Notes: generated by a model not told the origin, from the letters alone. 64,000 nucleotides of DNA from an uncultured Acidobacteriota bacterium (GCA_963763845.1 CAVXPX010000021.1:183281-247280); one strand, 5' to 3'; counted from the first letter of the stretch, positions 36,604 through 47,729 are shown. A program made the numbers and translations.

Positions 36604-39600
36604 ATCCTTCGAGAATATTCATTCTCCGGCCGGTTGCGACCACTCTCCTCATGGTAGGAGTGCTCCTGATTGGCTGGGTGGCGTTCACGCAGCTGCCAGT
36701 ATCCGCTCTTCCGGAAGTGGATTACCCCACAATTCAGGTGATGACGTTCTATCCCGGAGCGGACCCAGCGGTGATGTCGTCGTCGGTGACGTCTCCACTG
36801 GAGCGGCAGTTTGGGCAGGTGCCGGGATTAAGCCAGATGACCTCGACGAGTTCGTATGGTAGCTCGGTCATCACGCTGCAGTTTGGACTTGATCAGAACA
36901 TAGACGTCGAAGAGCAGCAGGTGCAGGCGGCGATTAATTCCGCGTCGACGTATTTGCCTTCAGACTTGCCGAATCCTCCGATTTACAACAAGGTCAATCC
37001 GGCGGACGCGCCGATTCTGACGCTCGCGTTGACATCGGACTCGCTGCCGCTGTCGAAAGTCGAGGATCTCGCCGATACGTCGCTGGCGCAGAAAATTTCG
37101 CAGTTGCCGGGGGTGGGGCTGGTCTCGATCAGCGGCGGACAGAAGCCGGCGGTGCGGATTCAGGCGAATCCGACGGCGCTCGCCTCCTACGGCCTGAGCC
37201 TGGAAGATCTGCGGGCCGCGCTGGCCCAGGCGAACGTCGATCAGGCCAAGGGCGTGATTGATGGACAGCGGCAGTCGTACACGATCGGGGCGAACGATCA
37301 GCTTTTCTCCAGCGAACAATACAAGCCGATCGTGATTGCGTATCACAATGGGGCGCCGGTGCGGCTGAGCGACGTCGCCAATGTGATCGACGGAACGGAG
37401 AACGATCAGCTTGCGGCATGGATGAATCTGACGCCGGCGGTGATCGTCAATATTCAGCGACAGCCTGGGGCGAACATCATCAGCGTGGTCGACCGCATCA
37501 AGAAGCTGCTGCCGCAGCTGCAGGCATCGCTGCCAACAGCGGTGAAGGTGCAGATTCTGACCGACCGGACGATCACGATTCGCGCCTCGGTCAAGGATGT
37601 CTATTTCGAACTGATGCTCGCCATCGCGCTAGTGATTATGGTGGTGTTCCTGTTCCTGCGGAGTCTGGCGGCGACGGTGATTCCCAGCGTGGCTGTGCCG
37701 CTTTCGATCATTGGAACCTTTGGAGTGATGTATCTGCTCGGCTACAGCCTCAACAATCTCACGCTCATGGCGCTGACGATCTCGACCGGATTTGTCGTAG
37801 ACGACGCCATCGTCATGATCGAGAACATTGACCGCTTTCTCGAAGCGGGAGATACACCGCTGGATGCGGCGTTGAAGGGGGCGGGGCAAATCGGGTTCAC
37901 CATCGTTTCGCTGACGGTATCGCTCATTGCAGTGCTGATACCGCTGCTGTTCATGGGCGACATTGTGGGCCGGCTTTTCCGTGAATTCGCGATTACGCTG
38001 GCCGTGACGATTCTGGTGTCGGCGGCGGTTTCACTAAGTCTGACGCCGATGATGAGCGCCAAGCTGCTCAAACACCGGAAAGAAGGCGAAAAGGGACGGT
38101 TCTACGACGTTACCGAGGCGTACTACAACCGCATCATCGCTTTTTACGGACGGACGGTAAAGTGGGTTCTGAAACACCAAACGGCAACGTTGCTGGTAAC
38201 GTTCGGGACTTTGGTCCTCACTTTGTTCCTGTATGTGATCGTACCCAAGGGATTTTTCCCGGTACAGGATACGGGAGTGATTCTGGGCATTTCGCAAGCT
38301 CCGGACAATGTTTCGTTTGATGCGATGGCGCAGCGGCAGCAGCAACTGGCGAAGGTGATCCTTCAAGATAAAGATGTGGAGAGCCTTTCGTCATTTATCG
38401 GAGTGGACGGCACGAACACGACGCCGAACGAGGGACGCATTCAGATCAATTTGAAGCCGCGAGATGAGCGTTCCGACGACTCTTCGGCGATCATACGACG
38501 CTTGCAGCCGGACCTGGCTAAGGTGGACGGGATCACCCTGTACATGCAACCGGTGCAGGACCTCACGGTGGAAGATCGCGTAAGCCGAACGCAATTCCAG
38601 TACTCGATCGAAGACGCGGATGCTCAGGAGTTGGCGCAATGGACACCCAAGCTGGTGGCCAAGCTGCAGACTTTGCCGGAGCTGCGCGACGTTGCGACCG
38701 ATGAACTCAATGGCGGCCTGGAGACGAATATCTCAATCGATCGTGATACGGCATCGCGGCTTGGGATTTTCCCGCAGGCGATCGATAACACGCTGTATGA
38801 CGCATTCGGACAGCGGCAAGTCTCGACCATATTTACGCAGCTGAACCAGTATCACGTGGTGCTCGAGGTGATGCCGAATTTCGCCAATAGTCCTGCCGAC
38901 CTGAAGGATATCTACATCCGGCCGAGCACGGTAACGCAGAATACGGGAGCGCCGACCGCGAATGGAGCGTCGGTCGCAACCAGCGGAGCTCCGGTTCCGA
39001 TTTTGGCATTCACGAAGATGAATTCATCGAGCGCATCGCTCTCCGTGAACCATCAGGGGCAGTTCCCGGTTGTGACCTTGTCGTTTAATCTCGCGCCTGG
39101 CGCTTCGCTGGGAGACGCGACGAAGGCGATCCAGCAGGCGGAAAAGGAGATCCAGCTGCCGGCCAGTATTCACGCGGCATTTCAGGGCACGGCAGCCGCG
39201 TTCCAGAACTCGCTGGCGAGCGAACCATACCTGATCCTGGCGGCCGTGATTACGGTTTATATCGTGCTGGGTGTGCTCTACGAAAGCTACATCCATCCGG
39301 TGACGATTCTTTCGACGCTGCCATCGGCGGGCGTCGGCGCGATTCTGGCGTTAATGTTGACCGGCAACGATCTGACAGTCGTCGCCTTAATCGGCATCAT
39401 CCTGCTGATTGGAATCGTCAAGAAGAACGCCATCATGATGATCGACTTTGCGCTGGAAGCGGAACGCGAAGAGCACAAACCGCCGGAGGAAGCTATTTAT
39501 CAGGCGTGCCTACTGCGCTTTCGGCCAATCATGATGACGACGATGGCGGCTCTGCTCGGCGGTCTTCCGCTGGCGCTTGGTACCGGCACAGGGGCGGAGT

Positions 39601-39770
39601 TGCGCCGGCCTCTCGGCATTACGATTGTCGGCGGCCTGCTGCTCAGCCAATTGCTGACCCTATATACGACTCCCGTGGTCTACCTGTGGTTTGACCGGCT
39701 GGCCCAGCGCTTCTCCCGCTACCGCATCGGAAATCCGATTCCGCGCGATGAACCGATGTCTGCAGACTGA
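36600..39770 (+). CDS. mdtB: RND multidrug efflux permease (MdtB-like)
   Basis: 1056 aa, 12-TM AcrB/HAE1 architecture. [33 protein letters not shown]. Confidence 0.9.
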   Translation: MNPSRIFILRPVATTLLMVGVLLIGWVAFTQLPVSALPEVDYPTIQVMTFYPGADPAVMSSSVTSPLERQFGQVPGLSQMTSTSSYGSSVITLQFGLDQNIDVEEQQVQAAINSASTYLPSDLPNPPIYNKVNPADAPILTLALTSDSLPLSKVEDLADTSLAQKISQLPGVGLVSISGGQKPAVRIQANPTALASYGLSLEDLRAALAQANVDQAKGVIDGQRQSYTIGANDQLFSSEQYKPIVIAYHNGAPVRLSDVANVIDGTENDQLAAWMNLTPAVIVNIQRQPGANIISVVDRIKKLLPQLQASLPTAVKVQILTDRTITIRASVKDVYFELMLAIALVIMVVFLFLRSLAATVIPSVAVPLSIIGTFGVMYLLGYSLNNLTLMALTISTGFVVDDAIVMIENIDRFLEAGDTPLDAALKGAGQIGFTIVSLTVSLIAVLIPLLFMGDIVGRLFREFAITLAVTILVSAAVSLSLTPMMSAKLLKHRKEGEKGRFYDVTEAYYNRIIAFYGRTVKWVLKHQTATLLVTFGTLVLTLFLYVIVPKGFFPVQDTGVILGISQAPDNVSFDAMAQRQQQLAKVILQDKDVESLSSFIGVDGTNTTPNEGRIQINLKPRDERSDDSSAIIRRLQPDLAKVDGITLYMQPVQDLTVEDRVSRTQFQYSIEDADAQELAQWTPKLVAKLQTLPELRDVATDELNGGLETNISIDRDTASRLGIFPQAIDNTLYDAFGQRQVSTIFTQLNQYHVVLEVMPNFANSPADLKDIYIRPSTVTQNTGAPTANGASVATSGAPVPILAFTKMNSSSASLSVNHQGQFPVVTLSFNLAPGASLGDATKAIQQAEKEIQLPASIHAAFQGTAAAFQNSLASEPYLILAAVITVYIVLGVLYESYIHPVTILSTLPSAGVGAILALMLTGNDLTVVALIGIILLIGIVKKNAIMMIDFALEAEREEHKPPEEAIYQACLLRFRPIMMTTMAALLGGLPLALGTGTGAELRRPLGITIVGGLLLSQLLTLYTTPVVYLWFDRLAQRFSRYRIGNPIPRDEPMSAD

Positions 39771-39773
39771 GAC

Positions 39774-42700
39774 ATGAGTATCTCGACTCCATTCATACGG
39801 CGTCCCATCGGAACGTCGCTGCTGACGGCCGCGCTTTTGCTGTCGGGAATTCTCGCGTTTAATTTCCTCCCCGTAGCGTCTCTGCCGCAGATGGATTTTC
39901 CGGTGATCAGCGTAGGCGCTGGACTACCGGGTGCCGATCCGCAAACCATGGCTTCGGCGGTAGCCACACCTCTGGAGCGTGAATTTGGCCGGATTGCGGC
40001 GATCAATCAGATGACGTCGTCAAGCCAGTTGGGAAGCACCGGAATCTCGCTGCAATTTGACCTGAATCGGAATATTGATGCTGCTGCCCGCGACGTCCAG
40101 GCTGCCATCAACGCTGCACGCAGCCAGCTTCCCGCAAACCTGCCGAGCAATCCGAGCTATCGGAAAATAAATCCGGCGGACGCACCGATTCTGCTGTTGG
40201 GGCTGACTTCGGACACGATCACCGTGCCGCATATGTACGATGCCGCCGACTCGATCCTGGCGCAGAAACTGGCGCAGGTGGAAGGAGTGGGCCAGGTGTT
40301 TGTTTGGGGCTCCTCGCAGCCGGCAGTGCGGGCTGAGGTCAATCCCACTCTGTTGAACAAGCTGGGCGTCGGGCTAGATACCGTGCGGAACGCTTTGAAT
40401 GCGGCGAACGCGAACCGGCCGAAAGGCGAGGTCTCGACGGGCACCACGAGTTATATGCTCGATGACACCGACCAGTTGTTCACGGCGGATCAATACCGGC
40501 CACTTATTGTGGCTTACCACGACGGAGCAGCGGTGCGGCTGGGAGATGTGGCCGACGTGAGCGATGGTGTGTCGGACAGGCGCCAATTGGGCCTGATTAA
40601 TGGCAAGCGCGGAGTCATGCTGGCCGTTTTCCGGCAGGCAGGGGCGAACATCATCGACACGGTGGACCGTGTTACAGCGATCATCCCTTACCTGCAGGCT
40701 TCGATTTCCCCGGCCATGAAACTTTCCGTCGTGATGGACCGGACAACTTCGGTGAGGGCGTCGGTCAGAGAAATCGAGCGCACGCTGCTCATTTCCGTAG
40801 TGCTGGTGATTCTGGTCGTGTTCGTGTTCTTGCGCACGGTGCGGGCGACGATCATCCCGAGCATCTCGGTGCCCCTTTCGCTCGTAGGCACGTTTGGGGT
40901 GATGTACCTGCTGGGATACAGCCTGGACAATCTCTCGCTAATGGCGCTGGCCATTTCCACGGGCTTCGTGGTCGACGATGCAATCGTTGTGTTGGAGAAC
41001 ATCACGCGCTACACCGAACGCGGGATGGGCGTGGTGCAGGCAACGTTCAAAGGCGCCGCGGAAATTGGGTTTACGGTGGTGTCAATGAGCACGTCACTTG
41101 TGGCCGTGTTCATTCCTCTGCTGCTGATGGGAGGGATTGTCGGACGGCTGTTCCGGGAATTTGCCGTGACCCTGAGTGTCGCGATCTGTGTGTCGCTAGT
41201 GGTTTCTTTGACGACGACTCCGACGATGTGCGCGAAGTTTCTCCGGCCCACGTTCGAAGGTGAGAAGCACAACATCTTCTACCGGACCAGCGAGTGGGCC
41301 TTTGATCACCTGCTTAGCGGTTACAGATACTCGCTGCAGTGGGTTCTGCGATATCAGCCGGTGACGTTAACCGTAACGATCGCGGTCGCGATTCTGAGTG
41401 GGTGGCTCTACTACAAAGTGCCCAAGGGCTTCTTTCCCCAGCAGGACACGGGGCGGATCTCGGGCACGGTAATTGGCTCTGAGGACGTGTCGTTCCAGTC
41501 GATGTCAGAGAAGATGCGACGGTACGTGAAGATCGTCCTGGCCGATCCAGCGGTCGATTCGATGGCCGGCTTCACCGGTGGAAATACCGCGCTCAACCAG
41601 GGACGATTCTTCTTGACGCTGAAGCCGCTGGAGCAGCGCGGGACGTGTCAGAAGCAGCATTTCTGGGAACCCTGCCACTATCCGAGTTCGGACGACGTGA
41701 TCAACCGGCTGCGCGGAAAACTGGCAGTGGTGCCGGGGGCGACGCTGATTCTGCAGTCGGCTCAGGAACTGACGATCGGTGGGCGCTGGGGCAATGCGCA
41801 ATATCAGTACACGCTGCAGAGCCCGGATATTGACGAATTAAATGCGTGGGCCCCGCGTCTTCTGCAGACGATGCGAAAACTGCCGGAGTTGCGCGATCAG
41901 AACTCCGATCAGCAAGATAAGGGTTTGCAGGCGAAGCTGGTGATCGATCGTGATACCGCCAGCCGGTTGGGAGTCACGCCACAGACGCTTGACAATGCGC
42001 TGTACGACGCATTCGGGCAACGGCAAGTATCCACGATGTACGAGTCGCTGAATCAATATCATGTGGTCATGGAGGTGGCGCCGCAGTTTCAGCAGACTCC
42101 GGAAGCGCTCCAGGATATTTATTTGAAGGCGACTAACGGAGGAGCCATTCCGCTGGCTACCTTCACCCATTTTGTGCCGTCCAACACACCGCTCGCCGTG
42201 AATCACCAGGGACAGATGCCATCCGTGACGATCTCGTTCAATCTGGCGCCAGGCGTGTCGCTGGGACAAGCGACGGATTCGATTGAGAGAGCCGAGCGCA
42301 CCATCGGTTTCCCGCCATCGATCACCGCCAGTTTTCAGGGAACGGCGGCCGCCTTCCAGAGCTCGCAATCCAATATGCTGATCCTGATCATCACGGCGCT
42401 AGGCGCCGTCTACATCGTGCTGGGAATGCTGTACGAAAGCTACATTCACCCGATCACGATTCTCTCGACGATCCCGTCGGCGGGTCTTGGAGCATTGCTG
42501 GCACTACTTCTGACGCACAACGAATTGAATGTAATCGGGATGATCGGGATTATCCTGCTCATCGGGCTGGTGAAGAAGAATGCCATCATGATGATCGACG
42601 TGGCGCTCGATGTGGAACGGAATCAGGGTAAAAAGCCAGTGGAGGCGATCTACGATGCCTGCATCCTGCGCTTCCGGCCCATCATGATGACGACGATGGC

Positions 42701-42938
42701 GGCGCTGCTTGGCGGATTGCCGCTTGCGCTGGGCACGGGCACCGGTTCGGAATTGCACCGCCCGCTGGGTATCACGATTGTCGGTGGTCTGATCGTCAGC
42801 CAGATGCTGACGCTGTTTACGACGCCCGTGGTATACGTTTATCTTGACCGGCTGCGGTTGGCCCTGCGGGGTGGAGAGGATCATGCTCTGCCGGATACGT
42901 CTTCGCATGTGACGCCCCATCCGAGTCCGGCTCATTGA
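39774..42938 (+). CDS. mdtC: RND multidrug efflux permease (MdtC-like), paralog of the preceding gene
   Basis: 1054 aa. [32 protein letters not shown]. Tandem B/C arrangement as in mdtABC. Confidence 0.9.
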   Translation: MSISTPFIRRPIGTSLLTAALLLSGILAFNFLPVASLPQMDFPVISVGAGLPGADPQTMASAVATPLEREFGRIAAINQMTSSSQLGSTGISLQFDLNRNIDAAARDVQAAINAARSQLPANLPSNPSYRKINPADAPILLLGLTSDTITVPHMYDAADSILAQKLAQVEGVGQVFVWGSSQPAVRAEVNPTLLNKLGVGLDTVRNALNAANANRPKGEVSTGTTSYMLDDTDQLFTADQYRPLIVAYHDGAAVRLGDVADVSDGVSDRRQLGLINGKRGVMLAVFRQAGANIIDTVDRVTAIIPYLQASISPAMKLSVVMDRTTSVRASVREIERTLLISVVLVILVVFVFLRTVRATIIPSISVPLSLVGTFGVMYLLGYSLDNLSLMALAISTGFVVDDAIVVLENITRYTERGMGVVQATFKGAAEIGFTVVSMSTSLVAVFIPLLLMGGIVGRLFREFAVTLSVAICVSLVVSLTTTPTMCAKFLRPTFEGEKHNIFYRTSEWAFDHLLSGYRYSLQWVLRYQPVTLTVTIAVAILSGWLYYKVPKGFFPQQDTGRISGTVIGSEDVSFQSMSEKMRRYVKIVLADPAVDSMAGFTGGNTALNQGRFFLTLKPLEQRGTCQKQHFWEPCHYPSSDDVINRLRGKLAVVPGATLILQSAQELTIGGRWGNAQYQYTLQSPDIDELNAWAPRLLQTMRKLPELRDQNSDQQDKGLQAKLVIDRDTASRLGVTPQTLDNALYDAFGQRQVSTMYESLNQYHVVMEVAPQFQQTPEALQDIYLKATNGGAIPLATFTHFVPSNTPLAVNHQGQMPSVTISFNLAPGVSLGQATDSIERAERTIGFPPSITASFQGTAAAFQSSQSNMLILIITALGAVYIVLGMLYESYIHPITILSTIPSAGLGALLALLLTHNELNVIGMIGIILLIGLVKKNAIMMIDVALDVERNQGKKPVEAIYDACILRFRPIMMTTMAALLGGLPLALGTGTGSELHRPLGITIVGGLIVSQMLTLFTTPVVYVYLDRLRLALRGGEDHALPDTSSHVTPHPSPAH

Positions 42939-43191
42939 TTTCCAGAGTACAAATTGCTGCCCTGCGCTCAAAAGATCGGGAGCGGTGCGGTCCCTTGCGG
43001 GTACAACCTCGCCCCGGAGATTTCGCATCGCAGAGCTAGATGCAGCCTGCTGCTGCGCAAGGGAGCGCTTGTCCCGTATGATAGGGGTCGCGAGTAGAAC
43101 CGACTGAGTGCGGCCCATTCGTCCGAAGAGCTACCGGCGGGACCAGAAAATTCCGAAATCGTTTTCGAAAAATCTGACGAGGGAGTTACGG

Positions 43192-44265
43192 ATGCTAAAG
43201 AAAGCAGCGGCTGTGTTTCTTATTTGCGGGAGCATAGCCATAACGGTGGGATGCAGTAGCACCAGCAGCCACTATTTGTACGCGGCAATCCCCAGCGCGA
43301 ACGAAATCGTGGTGTTTCGCGAGGATCCGAATTCCGGCGCGCTGGTTCAATTGGCGGGGAGCCCGCTCACGGCTGGGGGAGCGGTACAGTCCCTGGTAAT
43401 CCATCCAACGAAAAATTTCTTGTATGCTGCGAATTCCGGCGACGTGCCGGGGGATGTTTCCTTGTTCACAATTTCGGCGACGGGCGGGCTGCAGGAAGTG
43501 ACGCCGCGCACCGAAGCAGGAACGGCGCCGACACTGCTGGCGATCGATTCGGCAGGCAGCTACCTGTACGCCGCGAATTCCGGATCGTTCAACGTCTCCG
43601 TCTTTTCGATTGACTCCACTACCGGCAAGTTGACGCCGGTGGGAACCCCGTTCCAGATCGGAATCAGCCCCAGCAATATGGCGCTAACGCCCTCCGGGAA
43701 TTTTCTTTATATTACTGGCCCGGGCAGTCCCGGATATATACAAGCCTTTGCCATGGCCAACGGAGTGCCAACACCAGTTCCGGGCACGCCATTCTATACG
43801 GGGGCGAATCCGTTTGGACTGGCGATCGATCCCAGCGGCAGCTATTTGTATACCGGGAATAAGTTGGACAATTCCATTTCGGAGTTCTCCATCAGCAGCA
43901 CTGACGGGTCGCTGACACAGCTTCAGGGCTCGCCGATTGGAGAAACCTACAGCGCTCCCGTTGCGTTGCTGGTGGACCCTTCGGGCAAGTATCTCTACGG
44001 GACAAATCAGGGATCGACGAACATGGCAGGATTTTCCATCGGGACGAGTGGAGGGCTCACGCTGTTGACAGCCTCGCCGTTTGGCACCGGGTCACAGCCG
44101 GGCTTCATCGCAAGTGATCCAAGCGGCAACGTTCTATTTGTGGCGAACCAATCGAGTTCGGGCACGATTCAATCGTTCAGCGTAGATCCGGGCAGTGGAA
44201 CGCTCACCTCAGTTTCCACGTACTCGGCCGGGGGCATCCCGACTTCCATTGCCGTAACACACTAA
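43192..44265 (+). CDS. lipoprotein, 7-bladed beta-propeller lactonase family (Pgl/YbhE-like)
   Basis: Lipobox ITVGCS. Repeated blades of the type P..l.i.PsG.fLY.aN.....v..Fsi....G.L. Confidence 0.75.
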   Translation: MLKKAAAVFLICGSIAITVGCSSTSSHYLYAAIPSANEIVVFREDPNSGALVQLAGSPLTAGGAVQSLVIHPTKNFLYAANSGDVPGDVSLFTISATGGLQEVTPRTEAGTAPTLLAIDSAGSYLYAANSGSFNVSVFSIDSTTGKLTPVGTPFQIGISPSNMALTPSGNFLYITGPGSPGYIQAFAMANGVPTPVPGTPFYTGANPFGLAIDPSGSYLYTGNKLDNSISEFSISSTDGSLTQLQGSPIGETYSAPVALLVDPSGKYLYGTNQGSTNMAGFSIGTSGGLTLLTASPFGTGSQPGFIASDPSGNVLFVANQSSSGTIQSFSVDPGSGTLTSVSTYSAGGIPTSIAVTH

Positions 44266-44284
44266 TCTCTTCGTCAGGAGATGG

Positions 44285-44762
44285 ATGAGCATAGCAGTTT
44301 CAGTCAACAGGGCGGGCGTGTCGGCCCGATACGCGGAACATGTCAACCCAGAGTGGGTAGCGTTCGACAGAGGCCGGGAACCATCTACGCCAGCGGTTGA
44401 CAGAGGCGCTGCGCGGTTACGAGATGGTGAAGGAAGTCCGCGGGATGGGATTGCTGATGGGGATTGAATTCCAGGCCCCGAAGCAGCTACGGTTGCGGAT
44501 TCCCTATGAAGCGTTTTGCGCGGTGCATGCCGGCCTGTTTGGGCAGATTGTCGTCATGCGGCTGTTCCGGGATTTCGGATTTCTCACTCAAGTGTGCGCG
44601 AACAATTTCATGGTGCTGAAAGTTGCACCGCCGCTGGTCGTCAGAAATGATCAAATGGATTCTTTCGTCGACGCAGTAAAAGAAGTTGTGCAGCTTGCTG
44701 ACTCACCGGGAGCATTTTGGTCTGAAGCGTTGGGGCTGGCGCGGCGCGCCTTCCATAGTTAG
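44285..44762 (+). pseudogene. class-III (PatA/YgjG-like) aminotransferase remnant with a large internal deletion
   Basis: The N-terminal piece ..ARYAEHVNPEWVA (frame of 44285) is joined out of frame to the C-terminal piece ..VKEVRGMGLLMGIEF...VLKVAPPLVV (frame of 44397). The roughly 330 codons carrying the PLP site are missing. Confidence 0.75.
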
Positions 44763-44953
44763 GGGTACAACCAGTCTTCGCATCGATTTTTTTTAACAAC
44801 TGGGTGACAATTTTGTACCGGCGGCTTGCAAGAATACGCTTGGTGCATCGTCCGCTAGGGACAACCGGAAGCAGCGCCTCCTCATCTAAATTGTCATTCG
44901 CGATGTCCGGCGGATGGTGGCGCTGACTCCGCGCCGGGACCGGGATCCACAAA

Positions 44954-46003
44954 ATGAAAATCGCCAGCGCCGCAAGCGCCTTTCCGAAACACTACTATTC
45001 CCAAAAGTTCCTACTCGAAAAGCTGCAGGAATACTGGGGCGACCGCCTGAGAAATCCGCAACTGCTCGCGCGGCTGCATCGCAACGTTACCGTGGAGGGC
45101 CGCCATCTTGCGATGCCTCCTGAGCAGTACTACGAGATTGACACCTGGGGCAAAGCCAACGACGTTTGGATCCAGGTGGCTCAGGAACTCGGAGAACAGG
45201 CGCTCTGCCGTGCGCTGCATCATGCCGGGATCGAGCGGAGCGATCTAGGCGCGCTGTTCTTCACTTCCGTGACGGGAATCTCGAGTCCGTCGATCGATGC
45301 GCTGCTGATCAATCGTATGGGGCTGCCGACGAATATCCGGCGGGTTCCGATTTTCGGATTGGGCTGCGTGGCGGGGGCGGCGGGCATTGCGCGAGCTGCG
45401 GATTATGTGCGCGCGTATCCGTCGCAAGCGGCGGCTCTCATTTCTGTGGAGCTCTGTTCGCTGACCATCCAACGCGACGATCTCTCGGTCGCGAACCTTA
45501 TTTCCTCTGGGCTATTCGCCGACGGTTCCGCGGCAGTGATCGTCACGGGAGATGAGTTGAACTCGGCAGGTCCACAGATCCTTGCGACGCGGTCGATCTT
45601 CTATCCCAACACGGAAGAAATGATGGGATGGAAGGTAACCGAGAAAGGATTTCGCATCACGTTGTCGCCGGAAGTGCCGGTGCTGATTCGCGAACATCTG
45701 GGGCAGGATGTGGACGCATTTCTCGGAGACCACGGATATAAGCGTGCCGATATTGGAAGCTGGGTGCTGCATACCGGGGGCCCGAAGGTGCTGGAGGCGA
45801 CGGCGGCAGCTCTCGATTTGCACGACGGGCAGCTTGACGCGTCATGGGATTGTCTGAAGAAAGTCGGCAACCTTTCTTCCGCTTCGGTGTTGGTGGTCCT
45901 CGAGGATGTGATGAGAAACCGCCGTCCGGAGCCAGGCACGCTGGGAGTGCTGGCGGCGATGGGTCCCGGATTTTGTTCGGAGCTTGTACTTCTGCAGTGG
46001 TGA
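44954..46003 (+). CDS. type III polyketide synthase (chalcone/stilbene synthase family)
   Basis: Catalytic triad contexts GLGCVAGAAG (Cys), LHTGGPKVL (His) and VGNLSSASVL (Asn). 349 aa. Confidence 0.9.
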   Translation: MKIASAASAFPKHYYSQKFLLEKLQEYWGDRLRNPQLLARLHRNVTVEGRHLAMPPEQYYEIDTWGKANDVWIQVAQELGEQALCRALHHAGIERSDLGALFFTSVTGISSPSIDALLINRMGLPTNIRRVPIFGLGCVAGAAGIARAADYVRAYPSQAAALISVELCSLTIQRDDLSVANLISSGLFADGSAAVIVTGDELNSAGPQILATRSIFYPNTEEMMGWKVTEKGFRITLSPEVPVLIREHLGQDVDAFLGDHGYKRADIGSWVLHTGGPKVLEATAAALDLHDGQLDASWDCLKKVGNLSSASVLVVLEDVMRNRRPEPGTLGVLAAMGPGFCSELVLLQW

Positions 46004-47124
46004 GGGATCGGGCGTTGGTGAATGCAACAGATGTCTTTGTAATAGGGGGCGGGCCCGCGGGTTTAGCAGCGGCGATTGCGGCGCGGCAACGCGGATTCCG
46101 GGTGACTGTCGCCGACGGCGCGGAGATGCCAATTGACAAGGCCTGCGGCGAAGGGCTGATGCCTGACGGCTTAGCCGCGGTGCAGCCGCTGGGGATTCAG
46201 TTGCCCGTTGCTGAAGCCCCTGCATTCCATGGCATTCGCTTTGTGGGATTGGAACTCTCCGCGGAGGCGGCCTTTCCTGGAGGCGGCCGTGGGCTTGCTA
46301 TTCGCCGTACGGCGCTGCATCGAGTAATGTCGGAGCGCGCCGCTCAGATGGGCGTGGAACTGTTGTGGCGGACCGCAGTCACGGGAATTGAACACGACCG
46401 GGTTCGTCTGGGCAAAAATTCCGTGCGCGCGCGGTGGATCATCGGCGCCGACGGACCCAATTCGCGGGTTCGGAAGTGGGCTGGCCTGGAGAGTCATCCC
46501 AGATCTCGCCTTCGATATGCGTACCGGCAGCACTTTCGCCTGGCGCCCTGGACGGACTACATGGAGATCTACTGGGGCAAGGACTGTCAGGGCTACGCAA
46601 CAGCGGTAGGTCCGGATCAGGTTTGTGTTGCGGTAGCTTCTCATAATCCGCAACTACGGGTACTAGACTGCCTGCATCGGTTGCCTCGGCTGGAGGCGCG
46701 ACTCCGTGGATCCCAGGCATCATCGTTAGAAAAGGGAGCTCTGACAGGCAATCGAACTCTTCGCCGGGTGTCGCGAGGTAACGTGGTTCTGATTGGCGAT
46801 GCGTCCGGCACGGTGGATGCGATCACCGGGGAAGGTCTCGGCTTGGCTTTCAGCCAGGCAGTTGTATTGGCCGAGTGCCTGGAGGCGGATAAGCTTGAGC
46901 ATTATCATGCGGAACACCAGCGCCTCGCGCTGCGTCCGCGTGCAATGGCACGGCTGATGCTCACCCTGGATGGTCGGCCCGGGCTGCAGAATCGCACTCT
47001 ACACGCTTTCCGAAAGCATCCGAACGTTTTTCGCAGGCTGCTTGCGTTGCACGTTGGAGCCGTGCCGCCTGGCGATCTGGTGTGGGATGGACTGACTCTG
47101 GGCTGGGGGTTGCTGACCGCATAA
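46000..47124 (+). CDS. FAD-dependent oxidoreductase (geranylgeranyl-reductase-like flavoprotein)
   Basis: DVFVIGGGPAGLAAA dinucleotide fold, CGEGLMP, and LIGDASGTVDAITGEGL. The GTG start overlaps the PKS stop (GTGA). Confidence 0.8.
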   Translation: MRDRALVNATDVFVIGGGPAGLAAAIAARQRGFRVTVADGAEMPIDKACGEGLMPDGLAAVQPLGIQLPVAEAPAFHGIRFVGLELSAEAAFPGGGRGLAIRRTALHRVMSERAAQMGVELLWRTAVTGIEHDRVRLGKNSVRARWIIGADGPNSRVRKWAGLESHPRSRLRYAYRQHFRLAPWTDYMEIYWGKDCQGYATAVGPDQVCVAVASHNPQLRVLDCLHRLPRLEARLRGSQASSLEKGALTGNRTLRRVSRGNVVLIGDASGTVDAITGEGLGLAFSQAVVLAECLEADKLEHYHAEHQRLALRPRAMARLMLTLDGRPGLQNRTLHAFRKHPNVFRRLLALHVGAVPPGDLVWDGLTLGWGLLTA

Positions 47125-47729
47125 TGCCGAGGCCTGCTCGCAACATCGCATTGCGTTTGGTTGCGGCCAGTGCGCTACTTTGTGGCTATGTCGCCGCGGC
47201 GGCGCAGGATACCGAGTTCCAATTGGACCCCGCGCAGAGTTCAGTCAAGTTTACGCTGGGAGATGTGCTCCACACCGTGCGTGGAACATTCAAGGTGAAG
47301 CAGGGAGCATTGCAGATGGAGCCGGCTGGAAAGATGAGCGGCGAAATTGTTGTGGATGCGACCAGCGGCGACAGCGGCAGTGGCATGCGCGACCGCAAGA
47401 TGCACAAGGAAATCCTGGAAAGCAACCGGTATCCGGAAATTTCATTTCGCCCGGATCGAGTCGAAGGAAATGTTCCCATCCAGGGAAAAGCTTCGGTCAC
47501 GGTTCACGGCGTGTTCCGTATTCACGGAGCGGACCGCGAGATTGCGGTTCCGGCAGAAGTCGAGACATCTGCCGATCATTGGACCGCCAAGGTTCACTTC
47601 AACATTCCATACGAAAAATGGGGGATGAAAAATCCCAGCACATTGTTCCTGCGCGTCAGCGATAGTGTGGATATCGATCTCGTGGCGGCGGGAAGTATCG
47701 TGAAATCGACTGCCAAGTCGACTCAGTAG
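47124..47729 (+). CDS. YceI-family periplasmic lipid/polyisoprenoid-binding protein
   Basis: Signal peptide ..LLCGYVAAAAQ. SSVKFTL..VLHTVRGTF and RDRKMHKEILESNRYPEISF are typical of YceI. The ATG overlaps the preceding stop (TAATG). Confidence 0.85.
   Translation: MPRPARNIALRLVAASALLCGYVAAAAQDTEFQLDPAQSSVKFTLGDVLHTVRGTFKVKQGALQMEPAGKMSGEIVVDATSGDSGSGMRDRKMHKEILESNRYPEISFRPDRVEGNVPIQGKASVTVHGVFRIHGADREIAVPAEVETSADHWTAKVHFNIPYEKWGMKNPSTLFLRVSDSVDIDLVAAGSIVKSTAKSTQ

Noticed and set aside
42504-43118. 204-aa ORF on the - strand spanning the mdtC 3' end
   Set aside because: It mostly overlaps the RND permease coding region. It is Arg/Gln/His-rich with no motif.
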